From NCBI GenBank assembly GCA_044226015.1, contig JBGAHS010000003.1:32001-96000 (forward strand): DNA of 64,000 bases, read 5' to 3'. Under the pieces are notes generated by a model. It did no database searches. It was given only the letters and a program-made list of their open reading frames with translations, and was not told the origin of the DNA. Shown in pieces: positions 37,701 through 46,408 of the stretch. This DNA is from Candidatus Obscuribacteraceae bacterium (lineage in GTDB: Bacteria; Cyanobacteriota; Vampirovibrionia; Obscuribacterales; Obscuribacteraceae). The translations under genes and the position numbers were made by a program. The stretch's first letter is position 1; every line of letters begins with the position of its first letter.

Positions 37701-38160
37701 TTTAAGACAGAGTTCGAGCAAAGGCTCATTGTGTCATGTCTTCCGAATTGGATGAGGCACTTTGAAGTTTGATGAGGCTAAGTGTTCTTAAAGCCTGACC
37801 ACCCCAGAAAATACCCCAAAAAAGTTCTCCAACAGCGAACAAATTCTTGCAAATTTGGCAATCAACTGTCGGCATCTCCATTAGCGCGAAGGGCTGAGTA
37901 AAGCGACTTTTCAGAAATTTCAGCAACGGCGAATTACGAGTTAGCGAAACATTTAGCGTAGCTCGTGTGCATGCTGCTCGGCTCGAACAAAGACTATTAG
38001 TCCTAAATTTCTTGCAATGCAAGAGTTTCAAAGCCCCAAAGCTACCCCAAAAATCGATGCCAGAAAAGCCCCCCCTCGCAGTAATAACCGCACACATTCA
38101 TGGTGCGCGACACGGCATCCCCCTTGACTCTGCGCCCTGCCACATTGTTACGGTGGGGTA

Positions 38161-38396
38161 CATCTTCGTTCCCTGTAACTCACCAAGGAAATTCACTCAA
38201 AAGCCATTGCCTAAAGCCTAGTTCAGCGTTTTCAGTGCTCTGCTTTTGAGTTCAGGTTACAAGATGCCTTCTTCGGTTTGCGCCGAAAAGCTCGCAGCGC
38301 TAGCGAAGCAGCCTTAACCATCAGGCGGTCGCTAGCTGTTTCTGTCTCCATTCAACCCGTTCGGCAGAAACCGAACACTTCAAGAAAGTGAGGGTA
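38161..38396 (+). ncRNA. Putative structured 5' leader/cis-regulatory RNA of unknown family
   Basis: Nested pairings CATCT/AGATG, TGTAAC/GTTACA, ACTCAAAAGC/GCTTTTGAGT; hairpins TTCGG/CCGAA and GCTAGCGA/TCGCTAGC; a 3-way junction overlapping the RBS. Confidence 0.5.
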
Positions 38397-38401
38397 ATCG
38401 T

Positions 38402-39550
38402 ATGACTTACCTGTTGAACAACCTGGGCGTGATCACCATCGCGCTCACGCTTCTCTCCATCGCCGGAACTGCTGCCTATCTCATGTGGGAGCATTTCTAC
38501 GGCTCGACCCAGCTCGACTCCTGCCACAAGGGCAAGGCTCACTCGCACAGCACGGATGAAGCGGGCAATCGCTTCGCCTGCAAGTTCGATGCCGAGGAGG
38601 TTCGTCGCACCGCCAATCAGAAGCGGCCTCGCGTCGAACCGTCTTCCACCCCCGTGGACTCGAAGGTCACCGCTCTCCTGGCTGCCATCCAGCAGCCCGA
38701 CATCGAGAAGGCTCTTCGCGAACTCTCGGGCGAAGTCCCTGTCAGCATCAACGGCAAAACCGTGACGCTGAAGACCCGCAACAGCTACCATGGCAACATC
38801 GAACTGGCGATGCAGTATCTCGAGCAGTTCTATGCCAGCATCGGGCTCAAGTCGACCCGTCACGAGTACAAGGTGCGCGGCCGCAAGATGTACAACCTCA
38901 TCGTCGAGTTCACCGGCACGGTGGAACCGAAGAAGGTTCTGTATCTGGGCGCTCACCTGGATTCGACCGCGGGCTGGCCGTGGCAGTCGGAAGATGCAGC
39001 TCCGGGAGCTGATGATGACGGCACTGGCACGGTCGGCATGATGGAAATCGCCAAGGCGCTCCTGAAGACGAAGCCGGACTGCACCATCCGCCTCTGCCAT
39101 TTCACCGGCGAAGAGCAGGGGCTCTATGGCAGCTACGCCTACTCGGACTACGTCTCGCGCATCAAGGACGAGACGGTGATCGGCATGATCGAGATGGACA
39201 TGATCGGCTACTGCGGTCGCCCTGGCAACCGCGTGGACGTGCACGACGACGTGGACAAGAACGGTTCGCACAAGCTGGTGGTGCTGCTCACGCAGAACGC
39301 CGCGAAGTACGGACTGAACTTGAACGTCTTCGACACGCACAACCACGCTGTGCAGGACCGCAGCGACCACGCCGGCTTCTCGGACCACGGCTACATGGCT
39401 GTTCTGGTCTCCGAGGAGTTCACGGACGAAGGCTTCAACCCGAACTACCACACCACTGGTGACCGGGTTGCCTCGATCAACTTCCCGTACATGGTCGATG
39501 TCATCCGCATGGTGCTCGCCGGCACCTGCGAATTGGCTGGCGTGAAGTAA
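38402..39550 (+). CDS. M28 family metallo-aminopeptidase, N-terminally membrane-anchored, high GC
   Basis: GAHLDS, PGADDDGTG, FTGEEQGLYGS, EMDMIG, RSDH, NPNYHT; N-terminal hydrophobic helix. Confidence 0.93.
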   Translation: MTYLLNNLGVITIALTLLSIAGTAAYLMWEHFYGSTQLDSCHKGKAHSHSTDEAGNRFACKFDAEEVRRTANQKRPRVEPSSTPVDSKVTALLAAIQQPDIEKALRELSGEVPVSINGKTVTLKTRNSYHGNIELAMQYLEQFYASIGLKSTRHEYKVRGRKMYNLIVEFTGTVEPKKVLYLGAHLDSTAGWPWQSEDAAPGADDDGTGTVGMMEIAKALLKTKPDCTIRLCHFTGEEQGLYGSYAYSDYVSRIKDETVIGMIEMDMIGYCGRPGNRVDVHDDVDKNGSHKLVVLLTQNAAKYGLNLNVFDTHNHAVQDRSDHAGFSDHGYMAVLVSEEFTDEGFNPNYHTTGDRVASINFPYMVDVIRMVLAGTCELAGVK

Positions 39551-39559
39551 GCGGCAAAA

Positions 39560-39704
39560 GAGGTGCCAGTTGTTTGAGAGCGATCTCAGCAGCTGGCACC
39601 TCCACCGCCACGCTTGTCAACCTGAACACACGTGTACACACCTGGCGCTAGCCGCTCGGCTCGGAACGAAGCAAGAAAAATTCTTCTTGCTTCGTTTCAT
39701 TTTT
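39560..39704 (+). terminator. Two strong 3' hairpins after the M28 gene; the second is terminator-like
   Basis: GAGGTGCCAGTTG..TGAGA-GCGA-TCTCA..CAGCTGGCACCTC (39560-39602); AACGAAGCAAGAA/TTCTTGCTTCGTT (39665-39696) plus a T-rich tail. Confidence 0.7.
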
Positions 39705-39945
39705 GCACTCTTCTACTACTACTTATCATATATCAAACGTAGATGGTGTACGGTGTACCCAACTCGACTCGAGAAGTCAATTGAAGCACAGGGCACCACA
39801 TACGGTGCCGCGAGATCAAGTAATACTTTTGAGAATCTATAGCATGTCAACAGAAGTTCAAAAAAAGATAGAAAGAATTTTCCAATTTTTTTGAACTTTT
39901 TTACTCGTCATTACGTTTTAAAAGTGTGAACAAAATTTTTGTGAG

Positions 39946-40962
39946 GTGGTTCGTATGGCTAAGGAACCCAGCCAGCTGGCGCTTATGTTTCCAACATTTG
40001 TAGAAACCTTTCCTGATGATGAAAGTTGTGCGCGATTTCTACTCGACAATGGCTGGAAAAGGGGCCGAAGTTGCACCTATTGCGGCGAAAACGAATTCGA
40101 AGATACATTAGATTACCGTGTGTTTAAGTGCATAACTTGCGGAAAACTAAATCGCATTTTTGCTGGGACTATTTTATTCCGCGTTCAAAGACTGCGCGCT
40201 TGGTTTGCGGGACTATGGTTTCTATCTTCTGGAGTGTTGTACTCCAGAAAGGAATTTTCAAATCTATTCGGCATCGCTCTCGATACAGCACAACGTATTT
40301 CCGACACTATTTCGATCCACTTAACCGAAAAGATGTCTCAACTTCCATCAGTTCCATCGGCGGCTTTCAAAGAAATTTTTGGTAGAAGAAGTATTGAAAC
40401 GCCAGCACGCAGGCCTCCGATGGCAGAGCAAATAGAAATGGAGAAAAACGCAAAAGAAAACACGCCCGCATACAACGAAGCAGAGGCTTGTGAAGAACTT
40501 ACAGTTGTTCACAATCGAGATCTAAATGCAGCTGAAAAGACGATTTTGAGCAAGCTCAACTCGGAGCAATTTTCGAGTCTCGATAGCCTTCTAGATTCCT
40601 GCGGCTTGGAATTTTCAGAGCTCATCACGACACTTGGAATGCTTCAACTCAAAGGACTGGTTGAATCAAGCCCAGGACAACTATTCAAGCTTCCCAAAAG
40701 AGAACCTTCAATTCAGTTAGCTCTTTCCGAAACTTGCAAGCTTACAATCGAGGACTTTATTAACAAAGCCAAAACTGTTTGGCATCGCATAACGAGAAAA
40801 AACGTTCAGCTTCATCTAGCACTTTATTGGAGTACAGTCCAAACAGATATTTGGAAAAATACAGATTTGTTTTTCGAAATTTTAGATCAAGAACCTCTTT
40901 CCAGAGGACAAATCAGAGGCTACATTTCACCGCTTTCGGTCCACATCCCCATGGCTGGATAA
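39946..40962 (+). CDS. IS1595 transposase-derived protein (zinc ribbon + HTH + DprA-like winged helix; DDE core not seen)
   Basis: FPDDESCARFL...W...CTYC...CITC...AGTIL...W; AEKTILSKL...LDSLLDSCGL...LGMLQLKGLVESSPG; IEDF...K..WH.ITRKNVQLHL. Alternative ATG at 39955 follows GAGGTGG. Confidence 0.7.
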   Translation: MVRMAKEPSQLALMFPTFVETFPDDESCARFLLDNGWKRGRSCTYCGENEFEDTLDYRVFKCITCGKLNRIFAGTILFRVQRLRAWFAGLWFLSSGVLYSRKEFSNLFGIALDTAQRISDTISIHLTEKMSQLPSVPSAAFKEIFGRRSIETPARRPPMAEQIEMEKNAKENTPAYNEAEACEELTVVHNRDLNAAEKTILSKLNSEQFSSLDSLLDSCGLEFSELITTLGMLQLKGLVESSPGQLFKLPKREPSIQLALSETCKLTIEDFINKAKTVWHRITRKNVQLHLALYWSTVQTDIWKNTDLFFEILDQEPLSRGQIRGYISPLSVHIPMAG

Positions 40963-41191
40963 CGGACCACACGGCAGTTATGCCAGCTTATTTCACGGTG
41001 AGAGCTCCTGACATAGGCTAATTATCTCTACTCACTTTCATAAAACAGCAGGACGAATTGCTTTTGCATAAGGATCGCCTGCCCTATTTTCCTGCTCTAC
41101 TCCGATTACGCCAGAGCTGGAATTTTTTTTGTTTGGATGATTATTTTTCGCTGCTAGCAGAATTGCCAACATAATTTTTGCCCTAGACTTT

Positions 41192-41284
41192 TGACAATTT
41201 TGATCGGTACCGATCTCAATCAACGCTTTTGATCGGTACCGATCTCAAAACTCGACTCCAGATCGGTACCGATCAAAATTGTCA
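41192..41284. repeat. 93-bp MITE/REPIN-like element with perfect 24-bp terminal inverted repeats and three GATCGGTACCGATC cores
   Basis: TGACAATTTTGATCGGTACCGATC at the left end, GATCGGTACCGATCAAAATTGTCA at the right end; third core at 41231. Confidence 0.8.
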
Positions 41285-41725
41285 TTCGTTGGAGGTATTA
41301 AGAGTAGCGCAGAGAACCTCATTGCATCTCTACACATTATGCTGAAAGCGAGCGCGCATTTAGTGCCCACAAAATAGACGAAAACGATCGAAAGTCATTG
41401 AGTGTAGCCCCTCATGACATTCCCAAAATGTTAATCAAGCTACGCCACTACATGCAACACCATTAAACAGAAAAAAAGAAAAAAACATAACGCCGCACCA
41501 AGATTGCCACCACAGGTAGCACTACCGTCACCTCATCCCCAAGAGACACATTACACGTGACACATCCACGCAATACGATACCGTATTTGAAACCATAACC
41601 TACATGTCCAGCTCTCTTACAAAGACTAAAAGCAAGGAGAGATTGAAGGTTCATGTAAAGAATTTCGGAGCCTGCAATCATGGAAGCAAGATCCAGATCG
41701 AGGATTGCCTTTAGAAACCAATGTG

Positions 41726-41776
41726 TCAAACAGGGAGGGAGACGATTGCTGCACAATCGTCTCCCTCCCTGTTTGA
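41726..41776. other. Perfect 23-bp stem hairpin in a long intergenic region
   Basis: TCAAACAGGGAGGGAGACGATTG-CTGCA-CAATCGTCTCCCTCCCTGTTTGA. Confidence 0.85.
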
Positions 41777-41941
41777 TGAAAAATTGAAAACTTCTGCGGA
41801 ACATACTAAGACAATGGCAGAGAGCACTTTCAAAAAGCCAGACTCAAGCCGCGTCTTTTTCGCAAGCGAGTCCGTTACACTATGCGGCTCTCTTTGCTGA
41901 CAGAAAAGGAACATCCACCAATCAAATAAATTTCCATAACG

Positions 41942-42062
41942 AAAAAAAGGAGGACCCCGTCTAGCGGGGTCCTTTAGGTTCGGAATTTTACTCCCGTTGC
42001 CTACTGCCCATGGTGCTTTGGGCGTTTCGAAGTGCTCTCTGCACCCTTGGGTTTCTCACTAA
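41942..42062 (-). ncRNA. Candidate ~120-nt small RNA ending in an intrinsic terminator
   Basis: On the minus strand: TATTAT -10 at ~42066-42071, hairpins GGGTGC/GCACTT and GCCCA/TGGGC, then AGGACCCCG/CGGGGTCCT + CC + T7. Confidence 0.4.
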
Positions 42063-42263
42063 TTTGATAATAGCTCCAAACCTCGTAAATGGCGAAAAAC
42101 GAAATCTGAAATTTTCGCATCGCACAATCGACAATTCAGGAGGACACCTTTAGAGACTGTTCTCTCAATCGCCTTCGAAATACAGTCTTTTGCTAGTTCA
42201 AGAAAAAAGCCGAAATCTAGAGAACCAATTACTAATGCTTAAAACACTCGTCTGCTGATTCAG

Positions 42264-44579
42264 CTACTCATGCTTGAACACTTGTCGATTTTCCAACTCG
42301 TTAAAGATGGAATTGGCTCGCACTCTTTTGCTTCTTTCCATAAATTGCTGAGTCATGCTTCCACCATCAAGTAATTTCAATTCCTTACCTGGTGTCGGAT
42401 TTGGAGTCACAGTCTCTACGCTCGGCGCCGGTTTCTCAACAACCTTAGGTAAACCGCTAGGCTTGGTCAAATAATCATGCGCGTAGTCATAAACATAACT
42501 ACCGCCAATTTCCGAACCCTCACCCAGCAGTTTATCAAATACAGTTGTAGTCGCAATCCCACCAGCGAGTTGCAAGCCAAAGCGAGCTGGCGCATATGGC
42601 ACCCAGCTAGTAGCCTTCTGTATGATTCCTCTTCCAATTTCAAAACTCAGATAATCACCAGCCACACGAGTGAGCTTACCTACACCGTAGGAGTTTCCTT
42701 GCTTGAAGGCAGAAGGCAAATCATTTATGTAAGCAAACGCTCCTAGTGCAGCTAGCCCTGTTCCTGCCCGCAAAGTTATGCCGCCAAGGCGAGTTTCACT
42801 CAGCTGAAGTGCTTTTGCAGCACCAGGAAGTCCCCATTCACTTAGATATCCTAACCCACCACGGACTGCCCAAGGAGCAGTCGCACTCAAACCAAAGCCC
42901 AATCCTTTTGCAGACAATGCCGTGTACGTAGGCTTGATTGTGTCCTTCCATGCCAATCCATCAAGGGCGTGCTTTGCTTTATCCTTGAAAAAATCCAGTC
43001 CGGGCATTTGACTCATTGCGCTCCATATCTCACTCACCGGCAATTTTGAGCGTTGCCCTGGAAGTCCCGTAAAATCATTAGAGGATCCCCATTGATTATC
43101 TACGCTTACCTCTTGCTTTTCAGGATCATAATCCGTGATCGTTACCACATGAGGACCAAAGCCCTTTCCATCCCCAAAGGGCTTTTTAGCAGCATCCACT
43201 GAAATGATCACAGGAAAAGCATTCTGCTGCTTCAACTCAAGCAAGCGCTCTTTAAAGCCGCCAAGTGTCATCAATTTTGTGATGCCTTCACTTTCGGAAG
43301 GGTAAACCCATCTTTCAACTCCAAAATTCTTTGAGGGGCGCCCAGTAATCTGTTGATTAATTTCAGAGACTCCACGCACATCCAACCATGGATGATCGGC
43401 ATCCACAGTGGCAAAACTTTGCTTCTGGGGCGGATTCACCGAAGTATCGAGCAAGAACTCACCATGTTCATCCTGAGCATATTGAATTTTTCCCTTACCG
43501 GGAGTTTTGCCTCCCGGCAGCGTCTCACGCCTATTCCAATATATGTTGATCGCTGTCAGCTGAAAAATCTGACTTGCATAGTTTCTTGAACCATCCCAAT
43601 TCGGATACGTTTTCGCCTCACCGTCAGGATCAAGATTCAGGGGTTTCACAACTGTTCCGTCTGCACTTACAAATTGCCCCCCGACAGCTACATCAGCTAC
43701 AACCTTGGATGCTAACCCAGGCTCTTGTGCAAACAAACGCACCTGCATCGTTGTCACATTGCAAGTATTGTGCCCACCCTGATCAATGCTGGTTGGGACA
43801 GCGACGTTTGCAAGCAGGGAGTGGGCCAAAACGGCTCTATGACCATGTTCAAGCTTCAACGAAGGATCCAAAACGCGCCCTAGCTGCAGATAAGTGTTAA
43901 TTGCTTCAGAATCAGAAAGTCCTTTGCTACGCTCGTCGAACTTTGTCAATTTTTCAGCGAAGTCTTTGCGTCGCCCTGGATCGGTAATAGCCATATCAGC
44001 ATGACTCAATATGCGCTGCCGAAGCTCAGCCTTTAACTGCGCAAACTCCTCCGGTCGATCGCCTTTGATTTCCTTGAGCAAATCTGATGTCGAACTTCCA
44101 GCAGTAATTTCTCTTATTCCACTATCAAAAAGAGCGTCACCTAATTTTGGCTTGAGGAACGATTGAATTTCAGCCTGCTTGATTGAACGTTCGTTATCTG
44201 CGGTAGCTACTGAAAGCTCCATGCGAAGCGTGTTAACAGTTGTTCTATCAGCAGGAGAAAGTTGAGAGAGTACACGGTTTTTCTCTCCACTCCGAACGAC
44301 CTCAGGTTTTGTATCCTCAGTCTTTGGCGGCGCAATTTCCTTTTCTGCAATCTTTGTGGCAGCCTTTGCATTTCTCTCTTCCACCACTCCTTGCAGTGGC
44401 GAAGGAGGGGTCCAATCTTTTGTGAGTTCTTGCCCGCGTTTGAGCAAAGCTTCAGGAAGTTTTGATTCCATCTGCAGACTACGCGGAATACCAATCGCAT
44501 CTTGAATCAGCTCTGATGAGCTCGAATCACCGGCACTGCTTTTTTCCTTCGATGAATCAGCAGCTCTAAAATCGGGCAT
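42264..44579 (-). CDS. Putative papain-like cysteine peptidase with Gly-rich hydrophobic C-terminal helices (candidate effector)
   Basis: IDQGGHNTC (oxyanion Q, catalytic C), GPHVVTITDYD, VDNQWG; hydrophobic Gly/Ala helices near the C-terminus; GGGGAG RBS. Confidence 0.75.
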   Translation of the reverse strand: MPDFRAADSSKEKSSAGDSSSSELIQDAIGIPRSLQMESKLPEALLKRGQELTKDWTPPSPLQGVVEERNAKAATKIAEKEIAPPKTEDTKPEVVRSGEKNRVLSQLSPADRTTVNTLRMELSVATADNERSIKQAEIQSFLKPKLGDALFDSGIREITAGSSTSDLLKEIKGDRPEEFAQLKAELRQRILSHADMAITDPGRRKDFAEKLTKFDERSKGLSDSEAINTYLQLGRVLDPSLKLEHGHRAVLAHSLLANVAVPTSIDQGGHNTCNVTTMQVRLFAQEPGLASKVVADVAVGGQFVSADGTVVKPLNLDPDGEAKTYPNWDGSRNYASQIFQLTAINIYWNRRETLPGGKTPGKGKIQYAQDEHGEFLLDTSVNPPQKQSFATVDADHPWLDVRGVSEINQQITGRPSKNFGVERWVYPSESEGITKLMTLGGFKERLLELKQQNAFPVIISVDAAKKPFGDGKGFGPHVVTITDYDPEKQEVSVDNQWGSSNDFTGLPGQRSKLPVSEIWSAMSQMPGLDFFKDKAKHALDGLAWKDTIKPTYTALSAKGLGFGLSATAPWAVRGGLGYLSEWGLPGAAKALQLSETRLGGITLRAGTGLAALGAFAYINDLPSAFKQGNSYGVGKLTRVAGDYLSFEIGRGIIQKATSWVPYAPARFGLQLAGGIATTTVFDKLLGEGSEIGGSYVYDYAHDYLTKPSGLPKVVEKPAPSVETVTPNPTPGKELKLLDGGSMTQQFMERSKRVRANSIFNELENRQVFKHE

Positions 44580-44982
44580 TGTGATCTCTCCCCAGTTAAT
44601 ACCGGCCCACGACAGTGATCCTATGTGAATCACCCCAACTGCGACTGCATGATTATGTAGATCTCTAAAAGTAATCTACGTAGTTCCCCGCCCCTAGCGG
44701 CTGGAAACGCAGCCTTTCTTAATCCGCACTTAGAAAAAGCTGTAAATATCGCAAATTTCGGTATTTCGAGCACAAGCATCCACTAAACTTTTCGAGGAAA
44801 TCGAAAAGTTGCAAATGAGAAACCGTCCCCAATTCTGAATAATTTTTCAAGCACGCTCCGTTTGAGTCGGACAGAATGACAAAAGTCCATAGAAGCCCTT
44901 GAAACCGAACTCGAGAACGAATTTAGACGCTAGCGACGTTCAACCTCAGATGAAAAATTCACCGAGCCTGCATCATCCATGC

Positions 44983-45140
44983 AAAGCCTCTATCGCCACC
45001 AAAGCCTTTAATCACTGCCAAAGCCTTAATCGCAGGCCTTCAATCACCAGCCTTCAATCACCACCAAAGCCTTTAATCACTGCCAAAGCCTTAATCGCAA
45101 GCCTTCAATCACCAGCCTTCAATCACAACAAAGCCTTAGT
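44983..45140. repeat. Low-complexity AAAGCCTT(T/C)AATCAC micro-repeats forming two ~66-bp units
   Basis: CCAAAGCCTTTAATCACTGCCAAAGCCTTAATCGCARGCCTTCAATCACCAGCCTTCAATCAC occurs twice. Confidence 0.8.
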
Positions 45141-45258
45141 CACCAGCTCAAGATTTCCACCATTCAGTCCTCAGCCTCATTGATCAACGCAAAACCCCAA
45201 ACGCCCAACATCTACAGCGACTTTGTTAATAGGCTCAACCATAAGCATCGTCAAGCTC

Positions 45259-45796
45259 AAAGTAAGAACTGAGTCGCTCCCCTCATCACTAAAGCAAACT
45301 TCAATCCTAAAGTAAGAACTCAGTCGCTCCCCCCTATCACTAAAGCAAACCTCAATCCTAAAGTAAGAACTCAGTCGCTCCCCCCTATCACTAAAGCAAA
45401 CCTCAATCCTAAATTAAGAACTCAGTCGCTCCCCCTATCACTAGAGCAAGCATCAATCCTAAATTAAGAACTCAGTCGCTCCCCCTATCACTAGAGCAAG
45501 CATCAATCCTAAAGTAAGAACTCAGTCGCTCCCCCTATCACTAGAGCAAGCATCAATTCTAAGGTAAGAACTCAGTCGCTCCCCCTATCACTAGAGCAAG
45601 CATCAATCCTAAAGTAATAACTCATCGCTCCCCTCGTCACTAAAGCAAACCTCAACCTAAAAAGAACTAAGTCGCTCCCTATCACTAGAGCAAGCATACG
45701 AAGTTAGCAGCATGGTCATTCATGCGCAGTCACTGCCAACAAATAAAGAAAACAATCCTAAATTAAGAACTCAATTGATACACTAGAGCAAACATC
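45259..45796. repeat. 50-51 bp tandem array, 9 copies plus one partial
   Basis: AAAGTAAGAACTCAGTCGCTCCCCCTATCACTARAGCAARCATCAATCCT at 45259, 45309, 45360, 45411, 45461, 45511, 45561, 45611, 45659. Confidence 0.95.
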
Positions 45797-45811
45797 AGTA
45801 GAGCATCAACT

Positions 45812-46408
45812 ATGAACCACCAAGAGAAGACTTCATTCAGTAAATCCACCGGACTGAAACTGCTGCTGGCAATCTTATTGCTGAGCTCGCAGATTCTCTT
45901 GGAAGCTCAGTCAAAAGGAAAGCATGAGCCCACATGGGAAGAAATGACAATCAAAGGAAACGAATATCGAGAACGCAATAAATTCTTTGAAGCAAGACGA
46001 AATTATGAAGTCGCCTTAAAAATTGAGGACAAACTAGACATTCACGACCTGCGACGAGCGATCATTTTGCATGATATCGCCGAGTCTTATCGCGGAGAAA
46101 CCAACTTTTATCGCGCCAAAATGACTGAAGTAGAATCGCACGCCATCTATAAAGAAGAAATCAAAAATAAACAACTCGGCTACGAATACACCTCGAAAAA
46201 ACCAATCCAAATGCACTCAGGCTCTCTTCGCCCTGCCTGTTATCTTTGTCATGAAAACTGGAAAGTCGTTCCAATTTTATACGGGGAGAGCACCGGTTAT
46301 GATGGCGAAATCCCCGAAGAGTCTTCGTCTGACTTTACTCATAAACACGGTGGCAAAGAACCGGCTGACCAGCGTTGGTATTGCAGAGAATGCCGCCAAA
46401 GCTTCTGA
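45812..46408 (+). CDS. Exported protein with a TPR-like helix pair and a C-terminal zinc-ribbon-like motif
   Basis: Signal-like LKLLLAILLLSS; ARRNYEVALKI...AIILHDIAESY; CYLC...VVPILYG...GG...WYCREC. Confidence 0.75.
   Translation: MNHQEKTSFSKSTGLKLLLAILLLSSQILLEAQSKGKHEPTWEEMTIKGNEYRERNKFFEARRNYEVALKIEDKLDIHDLRRAIILHDIAESYRGETNFYRAKMTEVESHAIYKEEIKNKQLGYEYTSKKPIQMHSGSLRPACYLCHENWKVVPILYGESTGYDGEIPEESSSDFTHKHGGKEPADQRWYCRECRQSF

Noticed and set aside
37726..38221. 123-aa and 84-aa ORFs between sua5 and the M28 leader
   Set aside because: No RBS or motifs; more likely a divergent promoter region.
38321..39451. 376-aa antisense ORF over the M28 gene
   Set aside because: Expected shadow of strong G/C third-position bias; no motifs.
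39700..41100. Active IS1595 insertion sequence
   Set aside because: No DDE triad, terminal inverted repeats or target duplication identified; reported as a derived gene instead.
41643..41714. 23-aa TTG-start ORF before the long hairpin as a type I toxin
   Set aside because: RBS spacing is very short and the peptide is not hydrophobic.
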